A stretch of DNA of 31,875 nt. Origin: a virus. Its lineage: Duplodnaviria; Caudoviricetes. Shown piece after piece: positions 1 through 7,576 of this stretch. A program made the position numbers and the translations under genes. Position 1 is the stretch's first letter, and every line of letters starts with the position of its first letter. The notes beneath the pieces were generated by a model that saw only the letters and a list, made by a program, of their open reading frames with translations, did not search any database and was not told where the DNA came from. Location: the IMG/VR virus record IMGVR_UViG_3300020368_000004, positions 1-31,875 of that record, one strand, 5' to 3'.

Positions 1-337
1 CTTGTTGATGATGTTCAAAGTCTATATCAACATCTGGTAAGTCTTCACGCATTGGATTCATGAAACGTGCTACTGGTATGTTCCATTTGATAGGATCTAC
101 ATCTGTGATACCTAATAGGTAACAAATCAAACTGCTACCTGCAGATCCTCTTGTCATGTGTTGTAAGTCTTGTGTAAGATCGATTATATCACATATCTTA
201 TGAAAGTATTGTGTAAATCGTAAGTTTAAGATAAGTTCAAATTCTTCAGCCAGTCTATCTTTGTACTTGTCGCCTTCTGGTGTTGGTCTTTTAAATCGAG
301 ATATCAGACTTTGTATGTTTTCTAAATCATCAGCCAT
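1..337 (-). CDS. dnaE: DnaE-like (C-family DNA polymerase III alpha) protein lacking the PHP domain; partial, 3' end beyond the left edge
   Basis: Manual translation from ATG at 337 (SD GGAGG about 4 nt upstream): MADDLENIQ...RLAEEFELILNLRFTQYF...RGSAGSSLICYLLGITDVDPIKWNIPVARFMNPMREDLPDVDIDFEHHQQ. It has the DnaE motifs RGS-x-S-L-x-Y-x-LGIT-x-VDP, RF-x-NP-x-R and the catalytic PDxDxDF. Not in the ORF track. Confidence 0.88.
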   Translation of the reverse strand, partial: MADDLENIQSLISRFKRPTPEGDKYKDRLAEEFELILNLRFTQYFHKICDIIDLTQDLQHMTRGSAGSSLICYLLGITDVDPIKWNIPVARFMNPMREDLPDVDIDFEHHQQ

Positions 338-364
338 ATTGCCTCCTAATGCCTTTTATAAGAT

Positions 365-370
365 TATTTA
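365..370 (-). promoter_or_regulatory. T4-late-like TAAATA box upstream of the DnaE-like gene
   Basis: CTAAATA on the - strand, 27 nt upstream of the ATG at 337, in an intergenic gap. Confidence 0.45.
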
Positions 371-411
371 GTGAGACAAAAAATGAAGTTTGCTAATTTT
401 GGTAAACCTAA

Positions 412-588
412 TTACCACCAACCTAAGGCTCTGCCGTTGCCTGTTATGATCATTAAACAAGTTACTATGTGTAGTACCACCCACATTGATCGAATTGTAA
501 GGTGTATATGGTCGTCTTTCTTATTGTTGTCATAGGCATGGCTACCCATTGCCTTACACCAATATATCCATATCTGTTTGATTGCCAA
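412..588 (-). CDS. small hypothetical membrane-associated phage protein (58 aa)
   Basis: Manual translation MAIKQIWIYWCKAMGSHAYDNNKKDDHIHLTIRSMWVVLHIVTCLMIITGNGRALGWW*. It fills the gap after the helicase and has a hydrophobic C-terminal half; the TTG start is uncertain. Confidence 0.65.
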   Translation of the reverse strand: MAIKQIWIYWCKAMGSHAYDNNKKDDHIHLTIRSMWVVLHIVTCLMIITGNGRALGWW

Positions 589-600
589 TCTCCTATTGGA

Positions 601-2031
601 CTATTCTGAACCTAAGTTTCCTAAAAACTCTCTTAACTTTGTGCTGTCTGTTTCTGCTCTAATCTTTCCAACTGTCTTTCCTTCTGTTGGATCTGCTGGA
701 GTAGTATCTTGTTTTATTTCACCTGGTTGTGATGTACGTTTAATTTGATCAAACACTGTTGACTTACGTTTTGCAAATTCTTGATAGTCTTCATCATCTG
801 CTAAATCTCTAATACGTAAACTATCTATGTCAAACTCTAAATCAATCTTACTACCCACACCTGAACTACTTCTAGTTTTCATAAGTTGTATTTGATATCT
901 ACCACGTTCTTTCATTGCTCTGCTTGTAAAGATACCTATCACGTTATCAGCAGTTTGTATCTTACTCAAACCACCTGCAATGTGCGAATGATCAAATTCA
1001 ATCTCTTCAACACTTGCTCTGTTTAACTGTGATGCAGTAACAAATACTGTTTGTGTTTCCATTGCCAAGTTTCTAAGTTCTTCAGATACAAATTTATCTT
1101 TTACAAATAAATCACTTGGACTTACTTTTCTACTCATTGGCATCATCAAGTCTAAGTAATCAATTAACAATACATCAATTCTTTTACCTGTCTTGATTTC
1201 ATATTCTTTTACAAAACTTCTTATGTCATTTGTGTTCTTACCACTTGGCATATATTTTATCTGGAAAGCACCAGACTTCTTACCAACTAGTTTAACTTTC
1301 ATTTCTACTGTGTCCAAGTCTTTAAATATTTCTTTTGTTGGAATGTCAGTTGTCATACTATCAACTCTCATTGCCACAAGTGCTTCACTTAATTCAAATG
1401 TAAGATACACAACATTCATTCCTGCCAACGCCCAGTTAACACCCAAGTTTGCTAAGAACAAACTCTTACCTGCACCACTACCACCTGCAAAAATATTAAG
1501 TTCACCTCTGTTAAATCCGCCAAATAGTTTTCTATCTAAACTTGCCCAACCTGTGCTTACTTGTCCATTACTATCTTTAAGTCCCATAAGTCTGCCTTTA
1601 GGATCTCTAAAGTAATCTATGCCTAAGTCTTTTTGTAATCCTACTTGCACTGCACTTTTAATCTTGTCTTCTACTGGACCATAGTTACCTTCTTCAAGCA
1701 AGTTTGCACTTTCTAATATTGCACGTTCAAGACCTTTGTGTCTTGTAAACGTTTCAAATTCATTTAACAACCAATCATAATGTTCTTCACGTAATCCTTC
1801 TGGAATCTTTAATTCTGTTTTACAAGTTGCATTGACCATTTCTTCTGTAGGCAATGTGTTATGTTCTGTAACATACTTGTTAATAAACTCTGCGGCGTCT
1901 TGTAGTTTTCTATCAAATAAACTATGATCAAAGATAGTTTGACAACGCACAAAACTTTGTGCATCACTCAACATCATTTCCAGATATACTTTCTGGACAT
2001 CATAACCATATTCTTTATTTTGTTTTGCCAC
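601..2031 (-). CDS. gp41: replicative DNA helicase, DnaB/T4 gp41-like (SF4)
   Basis: STGWASLD...GGFNRGEL, Walker A GGSGAGKS, LTFE, Walker B LIDYLDLM, TASQLNR, TAD, QLMKTR; GTG start. Confidence 0.93.
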   Translation of the reverse strand: MAKQNKEYGYDVQKVYLEMMLSDAQSFVRCQTIFDHSLFDRKLQDAAEFINKYVTEHNTLPTEEMVNATCKTELKIPEGLREEHYDWLLNEFETFTRHKGLERAILESANLLEEGNYGPVEDKIKSAVQVGLQKDLGIDYFRDPKGRLMGLKDSNGQVSTGWASLDRKLFGGFNRGELNIFAGGSGAGKSLFLANLGVNWALAGMNVVYLTFELSEALVAMRVDSMTTDIPTKEIFKDLDTVEMKVKLVGKKSGAFQIKYMPSGKNTNDIRSFVKEYEIKTGKRIDVLLIDYLDLMMPMSRKVSPSDLFVKDKFVSEELRNLAMETQTVFVTASQLNRASVEEIEFDHSHIAGGLSKIQTADNVIGIFTSRAMKERGRYQIQLMKTRSSSGVGSKIDLEFDIDSLRIRDLADDEDYQEFAKRKSTVFDQIKRTSQPGEIKQDTTPADPTEGKTVGKIRAETDSTKLREFLGNLGSE

Positions 2032-2179
2032 TATCTAATACCTTTGCTAAATCCTGTAACGTTTCTATAAATTTATATACCACTGCCTTTTTACGATCTT
2101 CATGCATACTTGAATGTACTGCTTGTAACAGTTTTGGATACTCTCTGTTTAATTTTTTGTTTACTTCTAATTCTGTCAT
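2015..2179 (-). CDS. small hypothetical protein (54 aa)
   Basis: Manual translation MTELEVNKKLNREYPKLLQAVHSSMHEDRKKAVVYKFIETLQDLAKVLDSGKTK*. The ATG is 5 nt after a consensus -10, overlaps the upstream TGA (ATGA), and the ORF overlaps the helicase start. Confidence 0.7.
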   Translation of the reverse strand: MTELEVNKKLNREYPKLLQAVHSSMHEDRKKAVVYKFIETLQDLAKVLDSGKTK

Positions 2180-3150
2180 GTTTTATTATACCATACTTTA
2201 GGATCAAAGTCAATGTGTGTTCTTTCCATTCCAAGAACTGCTCCTATGCATGAACCTGGATCTCCTGGATTTGGTGGTATCCAAATACTGTCCCAGTTTG
2301 GCTTTAATTGTTTTACCATAAGTTTGTTTAACGCACAACCACCTGTCAATACAAGATTTTTTGAAGGCAGTTTAAAACTTGCACTAGTACTTATTCGCAT
2401 GATCATTCTCTCAAATGCCTCCTGAGTACTTGCACCAATATCAATTAATTCTTTTTTGCTAGTGAGTTCTGGTCTCCACCAATTACAACCTCTATGTAAA
2501 TTTTCCTTGAAACGCACTTCCCAAAAACCATTTTTTAACATTTTTTGATCTGTGAAATCTTTTTCTATTGCGTCAAGGTATGCATATCTATCTCCTTGGA
2601 TAGCATAATCACTTAATATATATTCTTCTGAGTTTGCTTTTAATCCACAACGTTGTGTCATTGCACTATAAAATAATCCAATGCTATGTGGATATGATTG
2701 TCTATATACTTTTTTAATATCTTTATCTGTGCCTTTCCATATGGTGAATGTTTCAAATTCACCTATGCTATCTATACAGATGATAGTTGCATCTTGAAAG
2801 CCACTGGTGTAATAACCATATGCCGCATGACTTTCATGATGATCGATATATTGTATTGGACAGTTAATACCCCATTTGTCGAGATACTTTTTAATATTGT
2901 TTTCTTTTCCTAACCATCCTTGACCAGCGGCAAATTGTCTAAGTGTTTTTAGGAATGGTCTTTCATACCAGATTACTTTATCTGGTGGACCATAACTCTG
3001 CCTTGCAGATTCTATTTGTGTCCAGTTGAAGTCTGGATCGTTAGGTACATCACTAAAGTCTTTGCTTAATGACGCCCAAGCGAGTTTGTTGTCTACAAAT
3101 ACTGCTAAACTGGCATCGTGGCTATTACCAACCATTCCCCAAGTTATCAT
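2176..3150 (-). CDS. carbamoyltransferase (NodU/CmcH/TobZ family), N-terminal Kae1-like domain only
   Basis: HDASLA, YERP, HHESHA, IDSIGE, SIGLFYS, GGCALN, PNPGDPGSCIGA. It ends at 324 aa with no C-terminal YrdC-like domain. Confidence 0.85.
   Translation of the reverse strand: MITWGMVGNSHDASLAVFVDNKLAWASLSKDFSDVPNDPDFNWTQIESARQSYGPPDKVIWYERPFLKTLRQFAAGQGWLGKENNIKKYLDKWGINCPIQYIDHHESHAAYGYYTSGFQDATIICIDSIGEFETFTIWKGTDKDIKKVYRQSYPHSIGLFYSAMTQRCGLKANSEEYILSDYAIQGDRYAYLDAIEKDFTDQKMLKNGFWEVRFKENLHRGCNWWRPELTSKKELIDIGASTQEAFERMIMRISTSASFKLPSKNLVLTGGCALNKLMVKQLKPNWDSIWIPPNPGDPGSCIGAVLGMERTHIDFDPKVWYNKT
2185..2213 (-). promoter_or_regulatory. sigma70-type promoter with extended -10, embedded in the 3' end of the carbamoyltransferase gene
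   Basis: TTGACT (2213-2208), 17 nt, TG-G-TATAAT (2190-2185), 5 nt, ATG (2179). Confidence 0.8.
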
Positions 3151-3151
3151 T

Positions 3152-3388
3152 TTATATCCCCTTTAATCTTTTCCAGCCTGTGTGTAAGATATAAAACCAC
3201 ACACCATTTATCGAAGGCTCAACAAGTGCTACTGCACCAGCCTCCCACAAACTTGCACCAGTTAGAAGAGTAACTACTGACATTGCAATAACTACGTGTC
3301 CTGCCGTGTATATTAGTGCAAGTGCTAGACTAGATCCACTTAAGATTTTTCTAAAAGCATTTTGAATGCCTTGTGTGAACTCAGTCAT
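3152..3388 (-). CDS. small membrane protein, DUF2061-like
   Basis: Two hydrophobic helices; GHVVIAM...TGA...AGAVALVEPSINGVWFYILH pattern; SD AAAGGA upstream. Confidence 0.7.
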   Translation of the reverse strand: MTEFTQGIQNAFRKILSGSSLALALIYTAGHVVIAMSVVTLLTGASLWEAGAVALVEPSINGVWFYILHTGWKRLKGI

Positions 3389-3399
3389 TTATTTCCTTT

Positions 3400-3522
3400 C
3401 TATTTGTAGATAAAAGGATCTCTTTTTTTAAGTTCCTTTATCCGTTTCTTCAAACGTCTTTTTTCAAAGAAGTCGTTCCAAGCCTTTTTTAGTTTGTTGA
3501 ATATATTCTTTAACCAAACCAT
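3400..3522 (-). CDS. small basic protein (40 aa) ending KKRDPFIYK
   Basis: Manual translation MVWLKNIFNKLKKAWNDFFEKRRLKKRIKELKKRDPFIYK*; it overlaps the primase stop. From recall (not searched), the RDPFIY terminus is a recurrent small-ORF family near phage carbamoyltransferases. Confidence 0.7.
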   Translation of the reverse strand: MVWLKNIFNKLKKAWNDFFEKRRLKKRIKELKKRDPFIYK

Positions 3523-4517
3523 TTCTTTGCTCCTAATTGTATCTTCAAAGGATTATGTTCTGCACTTCCTATTATACTATGCAAAGTATAAATCTTTCCA
3601 TAAGTTTGAACTGCTTCATTTACGTCCTTTACAGATTCATGCCAATCAGGCAATGCCACTGACCATCCCAAGTCTATTGCTTGTTGGATCAATTTCTCAC
3701 CTGCCTCATCTCTGTCAGGCATTACTACCACTTCAGTATTTAAATTATTGATCAACATTGCTTGTTGATCTTTGACTTCACTACCTAGTAGTGCAACGCC
3801 TTCGACAGCGATTGCATCAAAGGGACCTTCAACCACAACCGTGTATATACGATTAGTATTAATCTGAGCATCTAGATTGAATACATAGCCTGGTTGTTGG
3901 TCACTAAGATACTTAGGATTACCGTCCATAATTTTACGGGCAGTATGTCCTACTATTTTGCCTTTGTGATAGAATGGAATTATTATTCTATCTTTATAGC
4001 CAGGTTCAGGTGTCCAATGAAAATCATAATCATCTAAAAATAATTTTCTTGTTTTAAGATATTCAAATACCTTAAACAAGTTATTATCTACACCTGTGGA
4101 CTCGAGTGCCTGCCAGTCATCCCAGAGGTCGAGTCTTCTTGCGCCATTAGGCAAATTCTTTTCTGTAAACTTTGGTAATTGTACAATAGGTTTGTGTACA
4201 GTTATTCCTTCATTGCTTTTCATTATTTGCAAAGCAAGTTTGTTAATCACATCATCTGGTGTTCCTAACCACTGTAAAAATTTTCTAAACTTGAAACTTA
4301 AATTACGTCCAGGCGTCCAACTACATTTGAATCCGCAGTTAAAACAGTGATAACTTATACCACCATCTGCATTTGATATGAGTCCGCCTCTTTGTCTTTT
4401 ATCTGCTGAGTCCCCATTGTGAATACAACATGGGGCATTGAAACTTGTCCAACCACTTGGAGTGCTTTTCTTTTTCGAAGGCAAGTATGCCGTGACTGTT
4501 TCGTGTAAGATGCTCAT
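3510..4517 (-). CDS. gp61: DNA primase, T4 gp61/DnaG-like
   Basis: N-terminal Zn site (CCIH...YHCFNC), RIIIPF, KYL, TOPRIM VVEGPFDAI and PDRDEAG, KDVNE. Confidence 0.9.
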   Translation of the reverse strand: MSILHETVTAYLPSKKKSTPSGWTSFNAPCCIHNGDSADKRQRGGLISNADGGISYHCFNCGFKCSWTPGRNLSFKFRKFLQWLGTPDDVINKLALQIMKSNEGITVHKPIVQLPKFTEKNLPNGARRLDLWDDWQALESTGVDNNLFKVFEYLKTRKLFLDDYDFHWTPEPGYKDRIIIPFYHKGKIVGHTARKIMDGNPKYLSDQQPGYVFNLDAQINTNRIYTVVVEGPFDAIAVEGVALLGSEVKDQQAMLINNLNTEVVVMPDRDEAGEKLIQQAIDLGWSVALPDWHESVKDVNEAVQTYGKIYTLHSIIGSAEHNPLKIQLGAKKWFG

Positions 4518-4523
4518 ACTATT

Positions 4524-4552
4524 ATTATAGTATATTACGAGCGAAAAGTCAA
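4524..4552 (-). promoter_or_regulatory. sigma70-type promoter of the primase operon
   Basis: TTGACT (4552-4547), 17 nt, TATAAT (4529-4524), 6 nt, ATG (4517). Confidence 0.85.
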
Positions 4553-5332
4553 CTAGTTTCGAACCAATACTTTATCAATTGTTCCAGATGTTTTTGAATA
4601 TTTGAATCTTAGATAATTGAACACACCATTGAAGTTAATAGGTTTTGGTTCAGTTTCTGATCCAGTAAATGTCACTGTATCAACGTCAAACCAATTTGTT
4701 GTGCCTGTAACCTGATTAGCCAATGTACCTTGCACTATAAAATCACCAATAAAGTCTGTGCCATATACTGCGGCAGTATGCAATGCTACATTACCATTTA
4801 AGGCAGGCTCGGCATTAATTGTTTCACTAGTAAAATTATCTGTGCTTGTTTCAGTAAATGTTTGAACTGTGTAACTATCCTTTGGTCCAGGAAATGCTTC
4901 ACTATGTAGTTCTATTGTACCTGACATACCAAACTGACTATCACTGTAAGTAAGTACGTTTGAACCATCTGTCTTTACTAAAAATACATTATACTTTAGA
5001 TACTGATCCTTTAGATTTGCCAGTTCGTTTTCTGTTATGTCAACTGTAAACTGTCCTTTATACAATGGTGTCGATGTTTCCTTTACGGTACCTGTTTTAA
5101 ATAGTACCTGTGTGTTGTTTTCATCAAACATAGTAAATTTAGGTGTGTAAGTATTAAGAATACTTAACGGTTTTTGATCTGCGTTCTTTATTTCAAATAG
5201 GATAGTATTGTCAATACCCCTATGTAATTTTATATTTCTTGTGTACACTTGTTTAAACTCCGTATTGGCTCCTGCCAAATTAGACACGAGCACCATTTTG
5301 TTGTTGTATAAATACCTAGGTATAAGTTGCAT
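4553..5332 (-). CDS. hypothetical beta-rich protein, probable virion structural component
   Basis: 259 aa, T/N/G/V-rich, preceded by a TAAATA late-like box; structural role is inference. Confidence 0.55.
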   Translation of the reverse strand: MQLIPRYLYNNKMVLVSNLAGANTEFKQVYTRNIKLHRGIDNTILFEIKNADQKPLSILNTYTPKFTMFDENNTQVLFKTGTVKETSTPLYKGQFTVDITENELANLKDQYLKYNVFLVKTDGSNVLTYSDSQFGMSGTIELHSEAFPGPKDSYTVQTFTETSTDNFTSETINAEPALNGNVALHTAAVYGTDFIGDFIVQGTLANQVTGTTNWFDVDTVTFTGSETEPKPINFNGVFNYLRFKYSKTSGTIDKVLVRN

Positions 5333-5346
5333 AACAATTATATTTA
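5307..5346. promoter_or_regulatory. pair of oppositely oriented T4-late-like promoter boxes
   Basis: Perfect TATAAATA on + at 5307-5314 (41 nt before ATG 5356); TAAATA on - at 5346-5341 (8 nt before ATG 5332). Confidence 0.6.
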
Positions 5347-5355
5347 TCGAGAATT

Positions 5356-5727
5356 ATGTTAAGAAAAGATATTGAAGAGAAGTTTCCGTTTATTAGCGTG
5401 GTCACCTATGGCCAAAAAGAGTTCGTTGGTATTATAAACAACCAGGATAATTTTGTTACTAGTATGTATGTGTACACTGATTTGATGGAAGATCAGGAGA
5501 AAAAAGCATTCATGGAACTTGGAGAAGCATGGTGGTGGGAATCAAATAGAATGATTCCTATTAGTATATTCATGCGTAAGGAAATGGAACAATTCAGGAA
5601 CATACTAACCACAATGAACAGCAAAGACGTAAAAGTAGTTATGGGTCCAACTGTTAATTTAAACAACCTATCTGTGAAAAGAGTCAAACGTAAATCAGTT
5701 CAACTTATAAGAAAACCTAAGCCTTAG
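5356..5727 (+). CDS. hypothetical phage protein (123 aa)
   Basis: FPF...EFVGII, WWWESNRMIPISIF motif, basic C-terminus; the only plausible ORF in the gap; overlaps the convergent mini-DnaE by 11 nt. Confidence 0.8.
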   Translation: MLRKDIEEKFPFISVVTYGQKEFVGIINNQDNFVTSMYVYTDLMEDQEKKAFMELGEAWWWESNRMIPISIFMRKEMEQFRNILTTMNSKDVKVVMGPTVNLNNLSVKRVKRKSVQLIRKPKP

Positions 5728-6295
5728 GTTTATCTAAACTTTCTAATTGTTCACATATAAGATTCATGTGTACAACTATCGCATGAGCATAAGCAACTGC
5801 GTGTGCCTTCTTAAAGAAGTAACTACCATCTTTTGGTTTTACCCAAACTTGTTTCATTATGTTGTCCCACGTTTCGTTCTCGAGATGTCTCTTTGCTGGC
5901 CTTATGATCGCCAACGTTGCCGCTAGTTGTTGTATCGATTTTGGAGATAGTTTCTTTAAAAGAGTACTGTGTTCTCCTACGTGAAATAATTGATTGCTGA
6001 ATTCTGATTCTGTTAGTAGATCCCATAACGGCTCCTTGGACATAAGTTTAACAAGATGATCCTCATCTTTTACTTGTTTATATATAAAAACATTTAAGAA
6101 ATCTATCTTAAAATATTTTCTTTCTTCTGCTTCATCATAATCTATTGTTGCAAGGTTATCCACAGGGTTATGTGGAATCTCAGTAAAGTAAACACCAGTG
6201 TTGTGTTTTTTACCTGTGTCAAGTTTTGCAACTCTATGATTTAATCTTTCAAGGATTATATCTCTATCTGCAAAGTCTATATCTATATCAGGCAT
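5717..6295 (-). CDS. dnaE: minimal/split DNA polymerase III alpha (DnaE) catalytic fragment, 192 aa
   Basis: Begins MPDIDIDF, followed by KHNTGVY, YFKIDFL (third catalytic Asp), LFHV, LAIIRP and YFFKKAHAVAYA, in the order of DnaE palm/finger motifs. Confidence 0.88.
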   Translation of the reverse strand: MPDIDIDFADRDIILERLNHRVAKLDTGKKHNTGVYFTEIPHNPVDNLATIDYDEAEERKYFKIDFLNVFIYKQVKDEDHLVKLMSKEPLWDLLTESEFSNQLFHVGEHSTLLKKLSPKSIQQLAATLAIIRPAKRHLENETWDNIMKQVWVKPKDGSYFFKKAHAVAYAHAIVVHMNLICEQLESLDKPKA

Positions 6296-6971
6296 TTACT
6301 ACTTCTCTTAATTTTGATTTAGGAATATCAATGTGTCTTTTATCACACACATCATCAATTACACAAATATCACATTTAGGTTTTTTACTTTTACAAATTC
6401 TTTTTGCGTGTGTTATCAATTGCATATGAGCCGCATACTTATATTTGTCAGGAGTTGTATCATTTACTATTACTGCACTCTTGCCTTCGTCCAAAGTATT
6501 GGTCCAACCCAGTCTCCATAACAATCTAAACACATGAGTATCAACTGCTATGTTAGGTGCACCCCAAACAAATCTCATCATTATATCACTGCTCTTTCTA
6601 CCAACGCCAGGCAAGTCCATAAGTTCTTTTTGTGTTTGCGGAACCTTACCATCATATTCCATTAATAGTTTATAACTTGTTGCAATTATATTTTTTGATT
6701 TTGCATTGTGTAATCCTGCAGGACGTATTGCTTCTATTATTTGTTCTCTTGAAAGTTTAATCATTTCTTCAGGAGTATCTGCTAAAGCAAATAATTGTTT
6801 GCAGGCAATCGCAGTTCTTTTGTCCTGACTTTGTGCTGAAAGCATAACGCCTATCAAACTAGTATAGGCTTCCTTGTGTATCTTAGCCGCAGGCTTTTTA
6901 TTAGCATACCTTGGCCAATACTTGTTTAGTCTTTGATATATTGTATCAATCTGTGCTTCTGTCTTCATCAT
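6288..6971 (-). CDS. nth: endonuclease III (HhH-GPD DNA glycosylase/AP lyase, 4Fe-4S)
   Basis: LSAQSQD, HhH LPGVGRKS, AVDTHVFR, C-x6-C-x2-C-x5-C (CKSKKPKCDICVIDDVC). Confidence 0.95.
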   Translation of the reverse strand: MMKTEAQIDTIYQRLNKYWPRYANKKPAAKIHKEAYTSLIGVMLSAQSQDKRTAIACKQLFALADTPEEMIKLSREQIIEAIRPAGLHNAKSKNIIATSYKLLMEYDGKVPQTQKELMDLPGVGRKSSDIMMRFVWGAPNIAVDTHVFRLLWRLGWTNTLDEGKSAVIVNDTTPDKYKYAAHMQLITHAKRICKSKKPKCDICVIDDVCDKRHIDIPKSKLREVVNA

Positions 6972-7236
6972 TGCTTACTAAATTTTTTGGCTTTTCAATT
7001 GGCATACCACTTCTATTAAACCATCTGTTATCATCTGTAACATAACAATAACTTCTAAAATTGTTTCCGTCAAGTCCTTTTATGGTTATTGACTTTTTGG
7101 ATATCTTACCTTTGTATGTTGTAAAGTCTTTATTAATCAAACGCATACTGCCACCACTTGCAGGTGATCCATAAATCCTATCTATTGCTTCACCTTCAGG
7201 ACCCATCATGTTGCTTATGATTGCGGTCTCTACCAT
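6946..7236 (-). CDS. hypothetical protein (about 96 aa)
   Basis: Start moved from TTG 7359 to ATG 7236 (MVETAII...), which overlaps the stop of the upstream 48-aa ORF. Confidence 0.65.
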   Translation of the reverse strand: MVETAIISNMMGPEGEAIDRIYGSPASGGSMRLINKDFTTYKGKISKKSITIKGLDGNNFRSYCYVTDDNRWFNRSGMPIEKPKNLVSNDEDRSTD

Positions 7237-7376
7237 TGCATTATGCCTTTGAATATACAACCAACTATTACCATGATACCTATAAACATACCTGGTATCA
7301 AAACTGCTGGGTGCATACGTTCCATAATATACTTGTCCTCTTTTTCTCTCTGTTCCCAATATTCTTTTTTATTCAT
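7230..7376 (-). CDS. small single-pass membrane protein (48 aa)
   Basis: Manual translation MNKKEYWEQREKEDKYIMERMHPAVLIPGMFIGIMVIVGCIFKGIMQW*; GGAG upstream; overlaps both neighbours. Confidence 0.7.
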   Translation of the reverse strand: MNKKEYWEQREKEDKYIMERMHPAVLIPGMFIGIMVIVGCIFKGIMQW

Positions 7377-7542
7377 ATTCTCTCCAACCAACATCTTCTA
7401 TATCATCTGTTTTACAATTTGGACAAAGCCAGTCGCCTCCATCGTCATCAAAGTTCATTACTAATTCTTGTGCGACACCTTTCCATTTACATCTATAGCA
7501 ATACCAATTCCACATATCCTTATGCTTCTTTTCTTTGCTCAT
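7369..7542 (-). CDS. small zinc-ribbon protein (57 aa)
   Basis: Manual translation MSKEKKHKDMWNWYCYRCKWKGVAQELVMNFDDDGGDWLCPNCKTDDIEDVGWREYE*; CxxC...CPxC; ATG 5 nt after a consensus -10. Confidence 0.8.
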   Translation of the reverse strand: MSKEKKHKDMWNWYCYRCKWKGVAQELVMNFDDDGGDWLCPNCKTDDIEDVGWREYE

Positions 7543-7547
7543 ATATT

Positions 7548-7576
7548 ATTATACTTTAAATTTTATCAAAAGTCAA
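7548..7576 (-). promoter_or_regulatory. sigma70-type promoter heading the Zn-ribbon...nth...mini-dnaE operon
   Basis: TTGACT (7576-7571), 17 nt, TATAAT (7553-7548), 5 nt, ATG (7542). Confidence 0.85.

Noticed and set aside
388-407. Imperfect inverted repeat near an A-tract as a terminator after the helicase operon
   Set aside because: The stem needs G-U pairs on the + strand and is mismatched on the transcribed - strand; too weak to call.
1-6295. The two dnaE ORFs as halves of one split-intein polymerase (cyanobacterial DnaE style)
   Set aside because: Both contain the PDxDxDF motif, so they overlap in domain content, and no intein terminal motifs are visible.
7237-7359. N-terminal extension of ORF 6946..7359 from a TTG
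   Set aside because: The region is better explained by the 48-aa membrane ORF (7230-7376), whose stop overlaps ATG 7236.
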